Part shown: positions 1-11,400 of the stretch, piece by piece
Layout: each line of letters begins with the position of its first letter
Numbering within the stretch: position 1 is the first letter of the stretch
From: Chloropicon primus
Lineage: Eukaryota
Length of the DNA stretch: 64,000 nt
Direction of reading: 5' to 3'
Assembly: GCA_023205875.1 (NCBI GenBank)
Contig: CP060755.1
Location: forward strand, 1,426,001-1,490,000
Translations under genes and position numbers: made by a program
Notes under the pieces: generated by a model
The model's input: the letters and a program-made list of their open reading frames with translations, nothing else
Databases searched by the model: none
Told to the model about the DNA's origin: nothing

Positions 1-52
1 TCGCTCGAGAAGAAGAGCAGCAACGCTGACCGCCTCTCCCTCCCTCGCGCAG

Positions 53-1111
53 TACGATTGGTCGAGGCAGCCGCTCCAGAACGTGACGAACGGTGACAAG
101 AGGAGCAGCTCCACCAGAGGCACCGAGAGAAGCACCCTGTCCCGCCTGCTGGACCAGAGGAGCAAGCAGGCCAACGATGGCCTCACTGACATCGACAGCA
201 TGGATAAGGGCAACCCACAGGCCGTCGCCGAGTACGCTTGCGATATCTACAACTACTACAAGGAGGTGGAGGGAGTGTACCACCCGCAAGACTACATGGG
301 ATCTCAGACCGACATCAACGAGAAGATGCGCTCGATCCTCATGGACTGGCTCATTGAGGTTCACATCAAGTTCAAGGTAAGGGAAGAGGAGAAGAGCTTT
401 TCCGGGCGTGCCGGGCGTGCGACGCGTGTTTCTTTTTGCTTTTTGTTTTGAGCTTCCGTACTGAAAGTTGGCCGACTCCTTCCTTGACCCCTCCTCTCGC
501 AGTTGATGCCGGAGACCCTGTACCTCACCATTCAGCTCATCGACCGCTTCCTGGCGAAGAAGCAGACGAACAGGAAGAACTTGCAACTCGTCGGTATCAC
601 CGCGATGCTTTTGGCTTCCAAGTACGAGGAGATTTGGTCTCCTGAGGTGAAGGACTTCGTTTTCATTAGCGACAAAGCCTACACGAAGCAGCAGCTCTTG
701 CAGATGGAGAGGGTAATGCTCAACACCCTCAAGTACAGACTCACTGTTCCGACGCACTACCACTTCTTGCTCAGGTACCTCAAGGCCGTGAAAGCTGACA
801 AGAAGTGCGAGAACTACGCCTTCTTCTTGATGGAGCTCGGCCTTGTGAACTACAAGTGCATCAAATACCCATCGTCGCTTATTGCGACCGCGTCTGTCTA
901 TGCCGCTCTCAGGACACTCAACAAGAACGCTTGGCCAAGGGCCCTCCAGCAGCACAGTGGATACTCCGAGAGCGAAGTTCGCGACTGCGCGACTTTCTTG
1001 GTAGGCCTTCACAAGGCGTCCGGGTCTTCTTCCTTGAGGGCTGTGGTGAAGAAGTATTCGAGCAGCAAACTGGGTCAGGTTGCGAGGATGACTCCTTACG
1101 AGTTCAACTAA
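53..1111 (+). CDS. CYCB: B-type mitotic cyclin, 5' partial (exons 53-376 and 503-1111; upstream exon(s) outside the window)
   Basis: Cyclin box MRSILMDWLIEVHIKFK|LMPETLYLT...LQLVGITAMLLASKYEEI. GT-AG intron 377-502 joins the two ORFs in frame. An acceptor (gctgac...cgcag) ends at 52. Confidence 0.92.
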
Positions 1112-1170
1112 AAAAAAAATGTGCTCCGTCTCTTTGAAAGAGAGAACGGGTTGTTTCTTTTATGATGACA

Positions 1171-1213
1171 TGTAATTGACGACAAACGCTATAAAATCAA
1201 CTTATATTTTACA
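1171..1213. promoter_or_regulatory. Opposed TGTAA polyadenylation signals (1171-1175 +, 1209-1213 -) between convergent genes
   Basis: UGUAA is the known chlorophyte poly(A) signal. It also follows stops at 15601(+), 22423(-), 26156(+), 36545(-), 38791(-) and 51390(-). Confidence 0.6.
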
Positions 1214-1267
1214 AATGACATGTTGGAACGACTTCCAGTGCCCTCTTTCTTCCTTTTTATTGCGCGC

Positions 1268-2558
1268 TCACCGAGCAACCTCCTCCTCCTCGAGATTCCT
1301 CTTCAGGGCCTGCATCTGCGACTTCAAGTCTTTCAGGAAACCACGAAGCTTGGAAGCGGGGTGAAATCAAAAGTCAGCGCAATCGACCTGGAAAAGGAAA
1401 GAATTCCGCTTGATATCTACCTTGTCGCTCTCCACGCTGGTCTCTGGTACGAGCTGCTGCTGCCTCGTTGGGACGGGCCTCGCTCCCTTTTTCTTGTAGT
1501 GCAAAGTGTATCTCTTGATGATCTCCCCCAAGTTTTTCGTGTAGGTGTCCTTCAACGCTTGAATCTGCAATTGAGATCGCTTCGGCGTCAGCACGTCGTG
1601 CGAGAGCGTCGTTCCCAGGAGCCCGGGCCGGCCTTACCTTGTGCTTGTACTTCTTCACGTCCTTGTCGTGGGCCTTCCTCGCGAGGACGAGCCTCCTTTC
1701 CAGTTGCGCGATCTGGTCATTCTTGCTGTTCACCTGCATTTCCAGCTCCAGGCACCTTTCCCTGCTGGCCCCGAGCTGTATCTCCGCGTCATAGCGGAAG
1801 CCGCTGGCGTTGTCGATGGAGGACAAGGCGCTCCTGGACACGTTGTGCTCGTGCAGGACGTCCACCGCTGCCGAGGCGATGTTCACGATGTCCTCCTGCG
1901 CGTTGTGCCGGGCAGGCTTCCTCAGCTCGGGTTTGAAGGCGGTCTTCTGACGCTGAGAGACGCCGCCGCTGCTGAAGGGTCTCAGGTAGCTCGGGAGCGT
2001 CTTCAGGGGCCCCTCCTCCGGGCGCTTGTTGAACGGGAACTCCAGCTTGCCCCTCTCCAGCATATCCAGCAGGAGCGTCGCGTAGTGGTTCCTGTTCTTC
2101 TTCCAGTCGTAGTTGCTCGTCTTTTGGGGGAGGAGAACCAAAGGCGGGGGGAGGTTGGCAAGCGTGAGTTGATGAGCTTTGCTAGGATCAGGCCTCTTAC
2201 AGAACGCCTCTTACCTGCTGACACAATTTCCTGAGCCAGCACTCTATCCTGTGCTTGACGGTCTTGCTGCACTTGACAGAGAGCTTTTCGATCTTCTCGG
2301 CCAGCTGATCGGCGGAACGGCGTGTAAGCGTGCGTGGCGGCCGGGGGGAGCGGACAAGAGGCAGAAGGAACTTTCGGTCGTCAGCACAGCTCGAGTCGTC
2401 GAGGTCTTTTCCGTCGAACCTCGCAGACTGACCTTGAAGAAGGTGGCGTCGGACGAGGTGGACGTGTACAGCTCCCTCAGCGTCTTGTCCGTTGGGACCC
2501 CAAAGTACTTTCTGAGGATCACGTCGCCCTCCTCCTCCACAGCCTCGTGGTGCGCCAT
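1268..2558 (-). CDS. DUF4485/CEP112-N-terminal-like coiled-coil protein, 5 exons (2558-2433, 2304-2215, 2120-1638, 1564-1421, 1348-1268)
   Basis: The spliced translation contains WLRKL..NYDWKKNRNHYATLLLDML...FPFNKRPEEGPLKTLP, resembling DUF4485, followed by coiled coil. All junctions are GT-AG and in frame. Confidence 0.62.
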
Positions 2559-3394
2559 GGTGGAGGAGGAGCGGACAGCTGAAGGAGATGACATTGCGCT
2601 GCCCCAGGAGGGAGGACAGCTCGAGAGGGGGAGTTCGAATGAATGCAATTGCGGGGAAAAGTTCGATGTGCACGTGCTGTGCGTGCGTCGCTTTTACCTA
2701 GGATTGGACATATGAGATCTTCGCTTTTGGTTATATCATTAGGGTGTACGAGGGTGATTCTTCGCCACGTCAAACAACGTCTTCAAAAAGCATGAGAGCA
2801 AGAGAGAGAGGGCGAGGGCGAGGGAGGATTCGCTCGCTCTGGCTCCCGTCGTCGTCGTGGACTCGTTCGCCCCTTCGTCTGGAGCGCGGGAATCCCAGAA
2901 GGGGGATTTCTACTCTCCGGCTTCTTTTTGGGCCTGGAAGAGGAAAACATGAATCGAATCTTATCGAAATCCCTTCGTGTAGAAAACGGCTTGGTGGGCC
3001 TAAAGGTCTTTTCGAGACGACCCCATCGTCAGAAGAGGAAAAGGAAAAAGAAGATGAAGATGAAGAAGGCGCCTGGGAGGGGTGTCTTGCCTGGGTGAGA
3101 CGACGACGACGACGACGAGGAAGGGCTGACCTACTGGGGGTGAGGGGACGAGGAAGGGACACGGACCAGGGACGGAGACCTGGGGAGCTGGTTTTGGGAG
3201 CCGAGTCAAGGCACGTCGTGGAGGGTCGGGTCGCGAGGGGAAGGGGTTGGGCTGGGCCAGCGGGGGGGAGAGAGGAGGCAGGGGCGTGCAGAGGGGGGCC
3301 GAGGGAAAGGGAAAGGGAAGGGGCTTGTGTGCGGAGGGGGGAGACGCGCATTTTGTCCGATTCTGTAGGATAGGGTTTTCGGAGGAGCGTCGAG

Positions 3395-4617
3395 ATGGAG
3401 CGTGCGTGGAGCGTGGAGGACCTCGTGGGCGGCTTGTGGCGCATGGGGGAGCGGACGACGAGCGACCAGGTTCGTGAACCTTTCTGAATTCTCACTTCCT
3501 TCGCCCTCCCGCCTGCTTTCGCTCTTTGCTCTTGTCCTGACGCCGAATTCTCTCTCTCCCTCTCTCTCTCTCTGTGTGCGTGTGTGTGTTCGCGCGCGCG
3601 CCACAGCAACTCCAGGACTACTTGAGGAGGGTTCCCTCGGGGAGCTGGCCCGCGGCCTCGCCCGGGCAGCAGCCCTCGCCGGAGCAGTTCCAGCAGGCCC
3701 AGGTACAGGCCGCGGCGCTGGCCGCGGTGCCGCACGCCCAGGCGCAGGCCCAGGCGGCGTACGCCGCCCAAGCCGCGGGCATGCAGCAGGCCATGCAGGC
3801 CATGGCCGCTGGGAAGGCAGGAGAGTTGGTGCAAGGCCAGGCCCGCGCCGGCGGGCAGAACATGCAGAGGGTGGCGTCGCTCGACATGCTGAGGGCCCTC
3901 GTGATGCAAGGGCCTCAGGGGGTGGTGCAGAGCATGCCCCCTCCGGGATCCGGCATGAACGCCCCCCCCGCGAGAGGCGCGAGGCCGGGGACCACCAACA
4001 CGGCCCAGCAGGCCGGAGCGGGCTCCTCCGCAGGCGTGGGAGTGAAGGCCGAGGGCGTGGCCGGCCCGGTGATAGACAAGAACATGGACAAGAGCGAAAT
4101 CCGAAGGGTGCGGAGGATGCTCTCCAATAGAGAAAGTGCGAGGAGGTCGCGACGGAGGAAGCAGGAGCATCTTCAGACCCTCGAGGACAAGATCAGGGTG
4201 TCAGAGCAGGCGAAGATTGAAATGGAGGAGAAGGTGAAGGACCTCGACAACGAGAACAAAATGCTGAAGAGCTTGGTGGACAGGCTGCAGGCCGAGAACC
4301 AGCGCCTGAGGCAGAACGCGGGCGAGGCCGAAAGCAAGGAGGGCGAAGTCAAAGTGGAGGAGGGCGGAGAGGAGGAGGCTCCTCCGAAGACGGACTCCGC
4401 GGAAACCAAAAGTCGAACCACGGAAGGGGGAGACAAGTCGGAGAAGGAGGGCCGGGGAGAGAAGAGGACGGCAGCGGAGACCATGAAGAGGAAGGCCTCC
4501 TTCGAGGAACTCTCGAAACGACTTAAGAGTGAAAACGACCCGGGCGCGTGCAACACGCTGCAGAACGCCCACCGCGAGAGCTGGCAGGACCTTTCCGCTG
4601 CAGAGCAAGTACATTAA
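3395..4617 (+). CDS. bZIP transcription factor, plant group-C-like (exons 3395-3469, 3607-4617)
   Basis: Basic region RRMLSNRESARRSRRRKQEHL plus leucine zipper. First exon MERAWSVEDLVGGLW resembles group-C N-termini. Intron 3470-3606. Confidence 0.85.
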
Positions 4618-4684
4618 CATTAGCGCAAGGGGAAAAAATAACGCACATTCTTTGTTAGATATTTCCGCCTCATTCGAACCTTTA

Positions 4685-5959
4685 CTACGAGTCCACAAAG
4701 GACTGGGCCAAAGCCTTTGCAATCCTGTCGAGCCTGCTGAAGCTGCAAGACACCTTGTCCCCGTCGGCAAGGTCGGCGAGGTCGAGCCCACAGCTCTCCG
4801 CCTCAATCTTGTCGCCAAGAACGGAGACGGTAAGGGACTTTGGCGTGCCCCTCTTCTCCACGACTAGGGTGCAGCGCGTCTGGGCGCTCGTGTACCGCAG
4901 GCAGGAGCAGAAGGTCGGCATGTTTCCTTGCACTAGGTCCAAGACCCTCGCCTTGAGCTCCTCGTGCTGGAAGATCGCAGAAACTGCCTCCAGCACTGCA
5001 GAGAAGTTGTTCTTGTTTCGTCCGAACATCTCCAAAAACTCGCCGTGCAACTTGAGCTGCAACGCCCTCTCCCTCGGCTCCGCTTCCTCGGGAGATTTGC
5101 TCATGAGGTCCAAGAAGGGGGAGAAACCCGATTGGACAATGATCGGACTGCTCCTCAGCGAGGAGCAATTCATCTTCCTGTAGATGGCTTGGCTGAAGAG
5201 GTCCGCCAGGGCCTTGGACTGCAGCTTGCGGAGGAGTTGGTCCACTTCGGCCGCGCCCACCGCCTTCAACTTTGTGCTCTCCCTGCCGAGGCCATCCGCT
5301 ACCACGTAAAGCTCTCCCGACTCTTCCTTGTATATCTCGATCGGGCTGTGCTTCAGGTCAAGCTGGCGGAAGGAAAGGTCGAAGCAGAAACCGGTCTGAG
5401 TGTTCCTTGCCGATTCCTTCACTTTCCACTTGCGCTGCAACCTCCTCAAGTCCGCGTAGAAGATCTTGCTCGCTTCCACTTTGGATGAAAGGGAGGCATG
5501 AGCCTCCCTGAACACCTCCGAGATCGCGGCGAGCTGACGCTGCTTGCGATCCGCCGCGAGGATGGGCCACTCCTGAGACTTCGCCCTCGACTTCTCCACA
5601 CTCCCAATGGTCAGGGAGTTCCCCCTCTCCAACTCGCCCAGCGTGTCGAGTATCACCTCCAGCTCCTGCCTCGCCGCGGCCATCTTCTCGAACATGACTC
5701 GGATCGATCGGTCCCTCGTCCGCCCCTCCTCCTCGTCCCGCCCCTCGCCCTCCCCCTTGCTGCCACTCCCCTGCCTCGCTGCCTCGGGTCCTGTCCCAAA
5801 ACCTCGCGACTGGTGCAAGTCACGATCGCTCGTGCTCGCGTGGAGCGCTGCCCTCGCATCTTCCGACCACGGCGGACGCACCCCGTCCACCACCTCCGCA
5901 CCTTCCGGTGTGTACAGCTTGGGCCTCTTCCTCAGCCCACCATCCCCGTCGCTCACCAT
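4685..5959 (-). CDS. MED17: Mediator subunit 17-like protein
   Basis: ARQELEVILDTL and FYADLRRLQRKWKVK resemble plant MED17. ATG at 5959 chosen; the upstream ORF extension looks non-coding. Confidence 0.6.
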   Translation of the reverse strand: MVSDGDGGLRKRPKLYTPEGAEVVDGVRPPWSEDARAALHASTSDRDLHQSRGFGTGPEAARQGSGSKGEGEGRDEEEGRTRDRSIRVMFEKMAAARQELEVILDTLGELERGNSLTIGSVEKSRAKSQEWPILAADRKQRQLAAISEVFREAHASLSSKVEASKIFYADLRRLQRKWKVKESARNTQTGFCFDLSFRQLDLKHSPIEIYKEESGELYVVADGLGRESTKLKAVGAAEVDQLLRKLQSKALADLFSQAIYRKMNCSSLRSSPIIVQSGFSPFLDLMSKSPEEAEPRERALQLKLHGEFLEMFGRNKNNFSAVLEAVSAIFQHEELKARVLDLVQGNMPTFCSCLRYTSAQTRCTLVVEKRGTPKSLTVSVLGDKIEAESCGLDLADLADGDKVSCSFSRLDRIAKALAQSFVDS

Positions 5960-6153
5960 TTTTTTCTGGAGGAGCCGGAGCCATGCATGAGGGCCTGTGG
6001 TGAGGTGAAGGGGAGCGAGGGAGCGAGGGGGACCACGACGACGGTGGTCAGGTGGCAAGAAATAAGGTAAGACGAAAGCAATTATGATCTTCTTATTCAC
6101 AAAAAACAAGCCGTTTGTTTTCATTGGCATCGGGGCAGAGGTTGACCACTTCT

Positions 6154-7068
6154 TCAGGTGTAGTATTCCTGTGACCGCCGGATAATGAGGTGACCCAAAG
6201 TGACCAACTCTTGGAAATACCCCGGCTTCATATTCGCAATGTCGTTGTTGTTGATCTGGCACAACGTTTGCCTCACCCGGAGGACGGTCTCCATAGGCAA
6301 GAGCTCAGGCAGGTTGGTGCTGGTGCTCCCGCCCCCGCTGCTCGGGGCCACCGCGCTGGTGTTCCGAACCGAGGGTAAAGAAGAGCTCCCGGAGAGGAAC
6401 TGGTTTGTTTCGTGGACGGAGACAACACAGAGGAGAGAGGGAGAGTCTCGTCGGTCAGCATGTTTGAATCCTGATTTTTGCTGCCTGTCTCAAACTCGTG
6501 AAAAGCTTTACCTCTTGGGTGCTTGTTTGTCTTTCTTCGTTCCGCAAGTGAGCCAGAGCGGCGAACGGGTCGGCGTTCCTCGCCGGTTCCGAGGCGTGCT
6601 CGATGTTTGCGGCTGCGATGGAAGACGACGGATCCACGTTAGAGTTCTCGCAGGTGTCGTCCCAGAGCTTGTTCCGGTACCTGCGGAGGAGGAGGAGGAG
6701 GAGGAGGAGGAATCACAAGAAAAGAAAACAAGCGTTTCCAAAACTTTCAGAAAGAGTTCGAAAGGAATTGAGGCCGAACAGGATACTCTCGAACAAGGAA
6801 CTCACTTTTCCCACAAGTCCAGAACCTGTTTCTTCTTCAAAGGCGACGGCTTTCTCGACAGAGCGACGTCCTCTATTTCTCTCCTCACGACCCTCCCCCC
6901 TGTTGGCGTGTCCAAACCCAAACCCAAGCCGTCTTGCCCCAGCTGCATGGGCTCCAGCGCCCTTCCACCAAACAGCTTGCCTGCCGAAGGTGATGGAGAC
7001 GGCAAATTCGACCCCCCCCCTCCACTCCTCCCCCTCCTCCCCCTCCCCGGTGAAGCCTCCCCTCCCAT
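6154..7068 (-). CDS. Hypothetical protein, 3 exons (7068-6806, 6680-6512, 6399-6154), 225 aa
   Basis: Strong donors GTGAGT and GTAAAG, CAG acceptors, and phases that give one continuous frame. No family recognised. Confidence 0.6.
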
Positions 7069-7451
7069 AAAATAAAATAAATCCCACCCCTTTCTCTCTC
7101 TCTTGCTCCTCTCTGCACCCTCCGCGACCGTTCCGGAAACGTTCTGGGTTCTGGGTTCGTCTTCCTCGTCGAAAGTCCTCACCGTCTCCGACGATTGAGT
7201 GGGTCTGCTCCTTCCCCAAACCCCAAAGGTGTCCCCAAGCCCAAGAGTCAATCCATCGATCGAGCACAAACCAAAAACGAGCCAGGACCTCCCCCCCCAC
7301 GCTAACTAACGTTCTCCGTCGAAACCTCCTTACCTTATCAACAATCTCTGCTCTGCTCTCAGAAGGGGAGAACGGCGGAGAGAGAGAGAGAGGGTTGTCG
7401 TCGAGGTCGTCGTCGTCTGTTGCTGCTTTGGTTTGGTGGTTGGTAGGAGTG

Positions 7452-8345
7452 ATGAGTGCGATAATGAGGACCAAGGTGAGAGGGGTGCATGGAGGGAAGA
7501 AAGAGACTGTGGCGAAGGGAGGGGTGAGGAGCAGGGCTTCGGCGGGGAGGAGCTTGGGCGGAAGCGGAATGACGTCGCGTCGCAAGGAGGAGGGGAGGAG
7601 CTTGGGGGACTTGCAGGTGGTGCACGGGGGGGCGAACCCTGCCATGGCGCCGCGGTCTCAGGAGCTCGGAGGGGATCCTTTTGCCCTGCTCCTGAAGCAA
7701 CGCATCGTGTTCTTGGGCGGAGAGGTGAACGACTTTTCGGCGGACGCGGTTATCTCGCAGATTCTTCTCCTCGACAGCATGGATCCGGAGAAGGACATCA
7801 AGCTGTTTATTAACTCCCCGGGTGGCTCCGTCACCGCGGGCTTGGGAATCTACGATGCGATGAACATGGCGCGAGCCGACGTGTCGACGGTCTGCTTCGG
7901 CCTCGCGGCGTCCATGGGTGCTTTCTTGCTGGGAGCGGGCGCGAAGGGAAAGAGAATGAGCATGCCAAACGCACGAATTATGATCCACCAGCCTCTCGGA
8001 GGAGCCCAGGGCGCGGCGGTCGACCTCGAGATCCAGGCCAAGGAGATCATGTACCACAAGGTCAACCTCAACAGAATCATGGCCGAGTGCACAGGGAAGA
8101 CGGTGCGCGAGATCGACTTGGACACGGACAGGGACAGGTACATGTCGCCTATCGAGGCCAAGGAGTACGGCATTATTGACGAGATCATTGGAGGCGACGA
8201 GGCCGTGTCCAAGGTCCAGGGGGACACCAAGTACTTCCCCAAGACCAAGGAGGAGTACATCAACTGGTGGAGAGAGGCGGAGGCTGACGCCGGAAAGAGG
8301 AGCTCTCAGTTTACCGACAAGCCGGTCGAACCATTCTCAAAGTAG
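7452..8345 (+). CDS. clpP: ATP-dependent Clp protease proteolytic subunit, nuclear-encoded, probably plastid-targeted
   Basis: [21 protein letters not shown], catalytic Ser (AASMG), His (MIHQP) and Asp (DRD). Arg/Ser-rich transit-like N-terminus. Start codon uncertain (7452 or 7464). Confidence 0.93.
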   Translation: MSAIMRTKVRGVHGGKKETVAKGGVRSRASAGRSLGGSGMTSRRKEEGRSLGDLQVVHGGANPAMAPRSQELGGDPFALLLKQRIVFLGGEVNDFSADAVISQILLLDSMDPEKDIKLFINSPGGSVTAGLGIYDAMNMARADVSTVCFGLAASMGAFLLGAGAKGKRMSMPNARIMIHQPLGGAQGAAVDLEIQAKEIMYHKVNLNRIMAECTGKTVREIDLDTDRDRYMSPIEAKEYGIIDEIIGGDEAVSKVQGDTKYFPKTKEEYINWWREAEADAGKRSSQFTDKPVEPFSK

Positions 8346-8491
8346 CTTGCTTGCTTTCACTTGTGATATAGTAATATCGGTCCACACACACACATGCACG
8401 CACGCATGCAATTCAGTTGAAAAATGATTTTGTTACACTGTACTCGAGAAAGAACGAACCTTCTCAAGATTTCTTAAAACGAGGAAGAAAC

Positions 8492-11400
8492 TTACAAGGA
8501 GTATCTTCTGGCTTCGTACTTGTAGTCATCCTGCAGGAGCAGGCACTTCAAAGGCCCCCCCTTTTCTTTGAAGCTGGCCATTCTGTCCTTTATCTTTGAG
8601 TCCATGTCCGTCGTGTACGTCAAGGTCGCCACCCTGTTGACAATGGTTGTGAGAAGGGCGTCGATGTCCAAGTTGTTCTTCGTGAGGTGAAACTTTCGAA
8701 GGATCGCCTTGAAGCTGTTTCCCGGTATCGAAAAAACTTTCAGCGTTGACGCCGCCCTCACGGTTGCCGTCGTTGGCACCTTGAACAACATGGAAACTTC
8801 ACCAAAGTGGTTTCCTCTGTACAATTGGTTGATCTGCCGCTGCTGCACCAAGACGTCCACACAGCCCATCTCAATGAAAAACAAGTGAGTCCCCACTTCC
8901 CCTTCGCCGAGGACGATCTCTCCTTCTTCGAACTGCTGGTTTTTGATGTAAGGAGCGATCTGGGAAATCGCAAAATCGTCCCAATCCACGAAGAATGGAA
9001 TCGACTTAAGCTGCTTTCCGTATGTGTGGGACAGGCACTTCTTCCTCAAGGAGTACGGCATGTCAATCAACAAGATCTCCTCGTCGAACGCGTACAAGTT
9101 CCTCAAGTAGTACCCATAGTAGTCTTTGACCTTCTTGTGCAGTGAGCTGTCAATGTCCTTCTCCCTCAGGAACATGTCTAGGTCGTCGATCTTTTGCTTC
9201 ACTCTCCTTGCTGTGGCGTTCAAGGAAGTCACAACAACTGCCATGCTTCCCACGACGTAGGCAAACATGGTGACACCAAATATCATACTGATCACAGCCA
9301 TGACTGCCTCAGAATCACTGCCCGGAACGATGTCTCCATAACCAACGGTGGTCATGGTCGTATACGCCCAATAAAGACTCGCAAGATATATCTGTATTTT
9401 TGATTCTCCCGAGACGTTTTCCCTTTCGAGGACCGACCAATTGCAGTAGTGAGGATTGTACAATCCTTCTCCTATCGATTCCCGCGTGCAAGTTGTTTGA
9501 CCTTTTATGGAAACGTAGTACCAAGCACACGCCAAAAAGTGGGCGGAGAAGGACACCTGCAACAAGAGCTTACTGGCTTGCATCAGGGTAGGGTTCTCGT
9601 CCTCGAGATCTTCCAAGTAAGCACTCTTCTTGAACAACTTCATCAGCCTCGTTAACCTCAACATTCTGATCAGCCGCAGAGACTTGAATCTAGTTGCCGA
9701 GCTGAAGTATAGTTTGAGAATTCTGTCGAACGGAATACTCGAGAAGAAATCGATAACGAACCACTTGCTCTTCAGATAGTGCTCTGCGATGCGCAAGTGA
9801 TTCCTCACTCGCATCTTCCCCAGGCCTCCGACATGGTAGTAGGACGTAAAGAAGTTCAGCACCAGATCAGTCACGAAGAAGGTGTCCACAAATATCTCCA
9901 AGAACCAAAAGAAGGAACCGAATTTCACCTCGTCGTCGAAAGACAGGAGGTATGGTACAGTGATTGCAGAGTAGAGAATCAAAATGCACAAGACCATCTC
10001 CCAGCGCACTTTAAATTGACCCTCGTGATTGATTACGTAAGGCGAAGCGTTCATAGCCTCGGACAAGGACTTGTTCTCATGTTGCAGGCGACTAGTGTAG
10101 GGTTGGATGTCTGGGTTGGATCCTCCCCTCCGGGTCCTCCCACGCCTGGACTCAGAAATGCCGCTGGCACTGGGAGCCACAACGTTCGACTTCTTCACTA
10201 TTGATGGCCTGAAACCCTTGAATTGGTCCGTAACACGCTCAAACACACTCCTTTTCGTTGTCCTCCTTCTGCCTCCCGGATTATTTGATTCTATTGTCTG
10301 ATATCCGCTGTTGTTGAGATCCACGTAACTTTTCACGACGTCGTTCACCAAGACTTCCTGACTCATTTTCACAATGTTGATCTCGCCCTCAACCGAAAAA
10401 CTCATGAGCTGGTAGTTCAGGTGCAGCAATTCAGTGAGCTTTTGATTCCTTCTCTCACCCTTTTCTGCCCGCTCCTGTATGGATTCTCTGGTCTCGTGCA
10501 AAAGCTCGAGGTACCTGGACTTCTCCAGGATGTAGCAATCACAGAAGGATGCAGCCTTCGTCGTGAACTCTTGCATCGTTAGTTTCCCCCCGATCAGATC
10601 TTCAAAGAGCAAGGAACCATCCGTAAAAATTCCGACGACGGTACCTTCATCGAGATGATCAACGATTCTCTTGTCCACCGGCATCTTCCTTGCATTCTCG
10701 TACCGCTCTTGCGTAGTCAGAGTGCGCTCGTACCCCTTCAGAGCGCCAAAAAAATCCGTATCACCACCGCTCCCTGATGACCAGGCCGCGTTTCCAACAT
10801 AGTGAATAATTCCCTCTGTGAGAAAATGGATTTCTGATATCGTGTCACCCACCGACGTGATTTCATCCCCAGGATAATACGCCACCGGAAGCATCGAACT
10901 GACACAGCCCATCAGAAACTCGGGACCGTTGTCTATGAAGATTGGGAATCTGTACCTCAGCTCGTAGAACGTCTGCAAGACAATCTCCTTGTACAGTGAC
11001 GAGGACAGAGCAGAAAGGGCGTGCTCAACTTCGAAGATCTCCTTCTTCTCGCAGAGGTGCCGGAAGTGGCGCTTGATCTCTAGTTTCAGCTCTTTTGGAA
11101 ATTCCATCTGACGCACGTAGTGTTTCACCTGATTCATTTTTCTCCTCCTGTACGACGCGCGCACGTTAATGCTGTCCAGTATGGTGTTAATGTTTCCCAA
11201 CAGGAAACCAAAGATGCTGGCGCCCATGATCTGCACGAAGATCGCATAGACCCTCTCGTTTACGCTGGTTGGAATGATGTCTCCATAGCCAACTCCCGTC
11301 ATCGTTGCTATGGACCAGTTCAAACTCATGAGATACCTTGACGCCGTGCTCGAACCCTCGAGGCCGATGAACGCAAAAATTCCACCATCGCTGACCGTGG

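Noticed and set aside
1388..1420. Possible 33-nt micro-intron in the DUF4485 gene
   Set aside because: It has no branch point. The longer intron 1420-1349 has GCTGAC and yields a coiled-coil last exon.
2744..3373. 209-aa Arg/Gly-rich ORF, and 2770-4170 on the minus strand
   Set aside because: Low-complexity purine-rich leader or intron sequence, and an antisense shadow of the bZIP.
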